NCBI GenBank assembly: GCA_963825055.1
Contig: CAWGSK010000012.1
Location: 64,001-128,000 of the forward strand
Source: an uncultured Gemmatimonadales bacterium
Lineage (GTDB): Bacteria > Gemmatimonadota > Gemmatimonadetes > Gemmatimonadales > GWC2-71-9
Direction: 5' to 3'
DNA length: 64,000 nt
Below, one piece after another: positions 60,432 to 64,000 of this stretch (within the stretch, counting starts at the first letter, position 1; the number at the start of each line of letters is the position of its first letter). The position numbers and the translations under genes were made by a program. Below the pieces are notes generated by a model, which was given only the letters and a program-made list of their open reading frames with translations, searched no databases and was not told the DNA's origin.

Positions 60432-61412
60432 ATGGCGACTGGCAGGGACGAGCTCCTGGAGCAGGCGCGCGCGGCGCGGCAGCGCACCTCGGACCGCCTG
60501 CGGCATACCCCGCTCGAAGCGAGCCCGGGGCTCAGCGAACACTGCGGCGTCCCGGTCTATCTCAAGCTGGAGAACCTGCAGGTGACCGGGGCGTTCAAGG
60601 CCAGGGGCCCACTCAACCTCCTGCTGCGCCTGCCGCCGGGCGAGCGCGGGCGCGGGAGTCGTAGCGCCGACCGCAGGAAACCATGGACTCGGCCTGGCGT
60701 GGGCCGCCGCTCAGGTGGGAACGACGGCGCACATCTTCCTGCCGCGGAGCGCGGATCCCGACAAGGTACGCCGCCTGCGCGAGCTCGGGGCACGGCTCAC
60801 GTTCTGCGACGACTACGAAGCCGCGCACCATGCCGCCGTCGCGGCGGCTGCTTCCACGGGCGCCCGGTACGTATCCCCCTACAACGATCCCGACGTGATC
60901 GCCGCGGACGGCGTGGTCGGGCTCGAGATCCATGACGACCTGCCGGAGGTCCGCTGCGTCATTTCCTGCCTGGGCGGTGGCGGTCTTGTCGTCGGGCATC
61001 GCCGCCGTCCTCAAGGCGCTGGATCCAGCCATCGTGGTGAAGGCGGTAGAAGCGTCGGCGAGCCCGACGTTCTCGACCTGGCGCCGGGAGGGTGCGCCGT
61101 GCCACGTGGAACTCGGTCCGACCATCGCGGAAGGGCTTGGGGGGTACGTGGAGCCGGACAGCGCTGACATGGCCCCTCATCGCGCGGGATGTGGATGAGG
61201 TCCTGGCCGTTTCCGACGGGGAACTGGTCTCCGCCATGCGCTGGCTCGCGGAGCGGCACCGGCTGATTGTCGAGCCCTCCGGCGCGGCCGCGGTGGCGGC
61301 CCTCCTCCGGGCCCCCTCGCCGGCGGCCGGCCCCACCGTCGCGACGGTCACCGGTGGCAATGTCGGCTGGCCCCGTTTCCTGGGCCTGGTTGCCTCTGAC
61401 GCAGTATCGTAG
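60432..61412 (+). pseudogene. Threonine/serine dehydratase-like PLP enzyme split by three +1 frameshifts (pseudogene or assembly error)
   Basis: LKLENLQVTGAFKARG, AGNHG, GGGGL, VEPSGA, TGGN lie in successive frames; shifts near 60655, 60987 and 61164; repair gives about 325 aa. Confidence 0.8.
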
Positions 61413-61651
61413 ATCGCTATCGGGACCCGCAAACCGCCATTCATAAAGCCTTTACGTGTCGGCCCTCATGATCGGCAATGCCACCCCGGTAGCAACGGTT
61501 CGATCCAGCCTGTAACACCACGATACAGCGTTTGCCGGGGTAACCGGCCGTTCTCCATAGGGGAGAGGCGGGAGGCGTCATCTGGCCTCTGGCTTGCACG
61601 TTTCGGGGCCGGATATCCGCTCCTCAACTGTGAATCTCCCCTGGAGCCTCC

Positions 61652-62602
61652 ATGGCCTCAACCGTCTCCGGCGCTGCGGAGTCACGGGCATTTGTCCTTC
61701 AGAGCCCCTCTCAGGCCCGCATTGCCTTCGAGGCGCCGGCTGGCTGGGGCGAACGGCTCTTCCGGGCCCTTCTGCTGCTCGCCTGGATCGGCATCGCGTC
61801 CACCTGCCTGCTCTACGGTCTCGATTACTACCGCCTGCCCCTCGCGGCGCGGGCGGCGGCTCCGCTGCACGACCTGCTCAAGCCCTCGGGCCTGATCGGG
61901 CAGGGGTACGGTATCGTCGGCACCCTGTTCATCATCGCCGGCGTCGGCAGCTACTCGATTCGCAAGCGCATCCCCTGGCTCCGCAATCTGGGGACGCTGC
62001 ACCACTGGCTCCAGGTGCACGTGTTCCTGTGCACCATCGGTCCGTTCCTGGTCCTGCTGCACACGACCTTCCGTTTCGGCGGCATCGTGTCCATCGCGTT
62101 CTGGAGCATGACGGCGGTCGCCATCAGCGGTCTGTTCGGCCGCTTCGTGTACGCGCACATCCCCCGCACGATCCATGGCCAGTCCGTTACGCTGGACGCG
62201 GTCCGGGCGGCGCAGGAGGACCTTCAGCGCCGTATACGCGAGGCCTGGTCTGGCGAGGCCGATGTGCTCGCACTGCTCAAGCGCCCTCGCCGGGCGCCGC
62301 CGCGGAGCGTGCTCGTGGCCCTGGTGCTGGCCATGCGCTATGATCTGTCCCGCCGCTTCACGTTACGGCGGTTGCGGCACCGGCTCGACCGGAGCCGCCT
62401 GCCGGCCAATATGCAGAGCGAACTCCTGACGGCCGTGCGGGCGGAACTCGCGGTTGAGCAACAGATGCTGCTCCTGCAGCCGTTCCAGCGCCTGTTCCAC
62501 TGGTGGCACGTGTTCCACCTCCCGCTGACCGGGGTGATGTTCGTCGTCCTCACGGTGCATGTCGCGGTGGCGATCATGTTCGGGTACACCTGGATCTTCT
62601 AG
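61652..62602 (+). CDS. Polytopic membrane protein with conserved His (putative heme b, partner of multiheme cytochrome)
   Basis: WLQVH, LVLLH, WHVFHLP, TVHV histidines in TM segments. Confidence 0.7.
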   Translation: MASTVSGAAESRAFVLQSPSQARIAFEAPAGWGERLFRALLLLAWIGIASTCLLYGLDYYRLPLAARAAAPLHDLLKPSGLIGQGYGIVGTLFIIAGVGSYSIRKRIPWLRNLGTLHHWLQVHVFLCTIGPFLVLLHTTFRFGGIVSIAFWSMTAVAISGLFGRFVYAHIPRTIHGQSVTLDAVRAAQEDLQRRIREAWSGEADVLALLKRPRRAPPRSVLVALVLAMRYDLSRRFTLRRLRHRLDRSRLPANMQSELLTAVRAELAVEQQMLLLQPFQRLFHWWHVFHLPLTGVMFVVLTVHVAVAIMFGYTWIF

Positions 62603-64000
62603 GTGAACTCTCCGCTGCGCGGCCCCGGTGTCGTCCGGCTCCTGGTCGTCCTCCTCTGCTTTGTGGCGCTCCTGCCGCGGGGCGCGACGGCACAGATCAT
62701 CTCGCCCGGCAAGCTTGCGCAGGACCATGCGGCGCTGGAGGGGATCCGGAACTGCACGCAGTGTCACCAGCTCCGGCAGCGGGGGATCGACAATGCGAAG
62801 TGCCTCGAGTGCCACGCTCCGCTGAAGCGACGGATCGCCGAGCGGAAGGGGCTGCACGCCAGGTCGAGCGAGCGGAACTGTGCCGACTGCCACCGCGACC
62901 ACTTCGGGCAGGAGTTCGCCCTGGTCACCTTCGACACGGCCAAGTTCGACCACACCGATGCCGGATTCGAACTGGAAGGAGCGCACCATGATCTCGGCTG
63001 CCGGGACTGCCACGAACCGGGCCTGGTGCATGCGCCTGACGTCCGGGCATTTGCCTCTCGCCACGGCGGGCTCGACCGCACCTTCCTCGGCCTCGGGACG
63101 ACCTGCCGGACCTGCCACGAGTCGGATGACCCGCACGACGACCAGTTCGGCGACCGTGCCTGCACCGCCTGCCACACCCAGCAGGACTGGACTCCCGCAT
63201 CAGGCTTCGACCACGACCGCGCGAAGTACCGCCTCACCGGCGCTCACCGGAAGGTGGATTGCGCCGGCTGCCACCGCGACCAGGGCCGTGATCCCAGGCA
63301 TCCACGCGTGCGCTACACCGGCCTGGCCTCTGGTGCCTGCAGCGACTGCCACACCGACCCGCATGGCGGAGCGATGAGGGGCGCGTGCGCCACCTGTCAC
63401 GCCACCACCGGCTGGCGGCAGCTCGATCGCTCGGGGTTCGAGGGCCGGTTTGACCACAGCAGGACGGGCTTCATCCTGCGGGGCGCGCATGCGGGAGCCG
63501 ACTGCCGGGCGTGTCACACTCCCGCACGGGCGCCCCGGCCGGGCGTGCGGATCCGCTTCGTGGCCGGGGGTCGCTCGTCAACGTACCCGAAGCCTGTGGC
63601 GCGGGACTGCCTGAGCTGCCACGTGGACCGTCACCAGGGTGCCTTCAAGGATGTGGAGGGCGGGGCGGTGTGCACCAACTGCCATGGCGAGCGGAGCTGG
63701 CTGCCGTCGTCCTTCGATCTCGAGCGCCACAACCGGCCCGGTGGCTACGCCCTCACGGGCGCGCATCGCGCGGTCGCCTGCCAGGATTGCCACGTCCGGT
63801 CCGCGGACTCCACGGCGTGGACATGGCACATCACGGGGCAGGCGTGCGAGGACTGTCACGGCGCCCGTGAGCCGCATGCCGGCCAGTTTGCCGGACAGGC
63901 GTGCGCCGACTGCCACACGACAGCCACGTTCGCCATCGCCGGCTTCGACCACTCGAAGACGCGATATCCGCTCGACGGCGCGCACGTGAAGCTGCCCTGC
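62603..64000 (+). CDS. Exported multiheme cytochrome c (partial, at least 15 CxxCH); not in ORF track
   Basis: GTG right after upstream TAG; signal peptide ending ATA-Q; open to the window end; 15 CxxCH counted by manual translation. Confidence 0.93.
   Translation, partial: MNSPLRGPGVVRLLVVLLCFVALLPRGATAQIISPGKLAQDHAALEGIRNCTQCHQLRQRGIDNAKCLECHAPLKRRIAERKGLHARSSERNCADCHRDHFGQEFALVTFDTAKFDHTDAGFELEGAHHDLGCRDCHEPGLVHAPDVRAFASRHGGLDRTFLGLGTTCRTCHESDDPHDDQFGDRACTACHTQQDWTPASGFDHDRAKYRLTGAHRKVDCAGCHRDQGRDPRHPRVRYTGLASGACSDCHTDPHGGAMRGACATCHATTGWRQLDRSGFEGRFDHSRTGFILRGAHAGADCRACHTPARAPRPGVRIRFVAGGRSSTYPKPVARDCLSCHVDRHQGAFKDVEGGAVCTNCHGERSWLPSSFDLERHNRPGGYALTGAHRAVACQDCHVRSADSTAWTWHITGQACEDCHGAREPHAGQFAGQACADCHTTATFAIAGFDHSKTRYPLDGAHVKLPC

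Overview
A GC-rich bacterial window (core genes about 70% GC in spot counts). Gene content and protein style suggest Gemmatimonadota, which is an inference. About half of it is the core translation/transcription cluster: tRNA-Thr/Tyr/Gly/Thr, tuf, rpmG, secE, nusG, rplKAJL, rpoBC, rpsLG, fusA, a second tuf, the S10 and spc operons, secY, adk and map. Housekeeping genes flank it (sdaAA, cysS, suhB, trpS, purA, ypdA, glyQS, priA). The most interesting accessory features are: (1) a lower-GC, opposite-strand three-gene cassette between rpoC and rpsL encoding a secreted 6-Cys peptide, a membrane-anchored one-Cys thioredoxin-fold protein and a beta-propeller lipoprotein; (2) five tandem paralogous small membrane/coiled-coil genes ahead of a CesT/YbjN-like chaperone and pspA, behind an ECF-type promoter; (3) a family of 7-/8-mer tandem repeats, mostly in hairpin form, at seven intergenic sites; (4) a variant c-di-GMP-I-like riboswitch ahead of a minor-pilin operon whose distal genes are collapsed; (5) a ubiquitin-fold gene between a zincin and an HDAC gene; (6) a cytochrome c with at least 15 hemes that runs off the right edge and is missing from the ORF track. 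Five apparent +1 insertions (rpoC tail, purA, three in a threonine dehydratase-like gene) point to assembly indel errors, so fine sequence details need read-level checking. I found no rRNA, CRISPR array, integrase or transposase.
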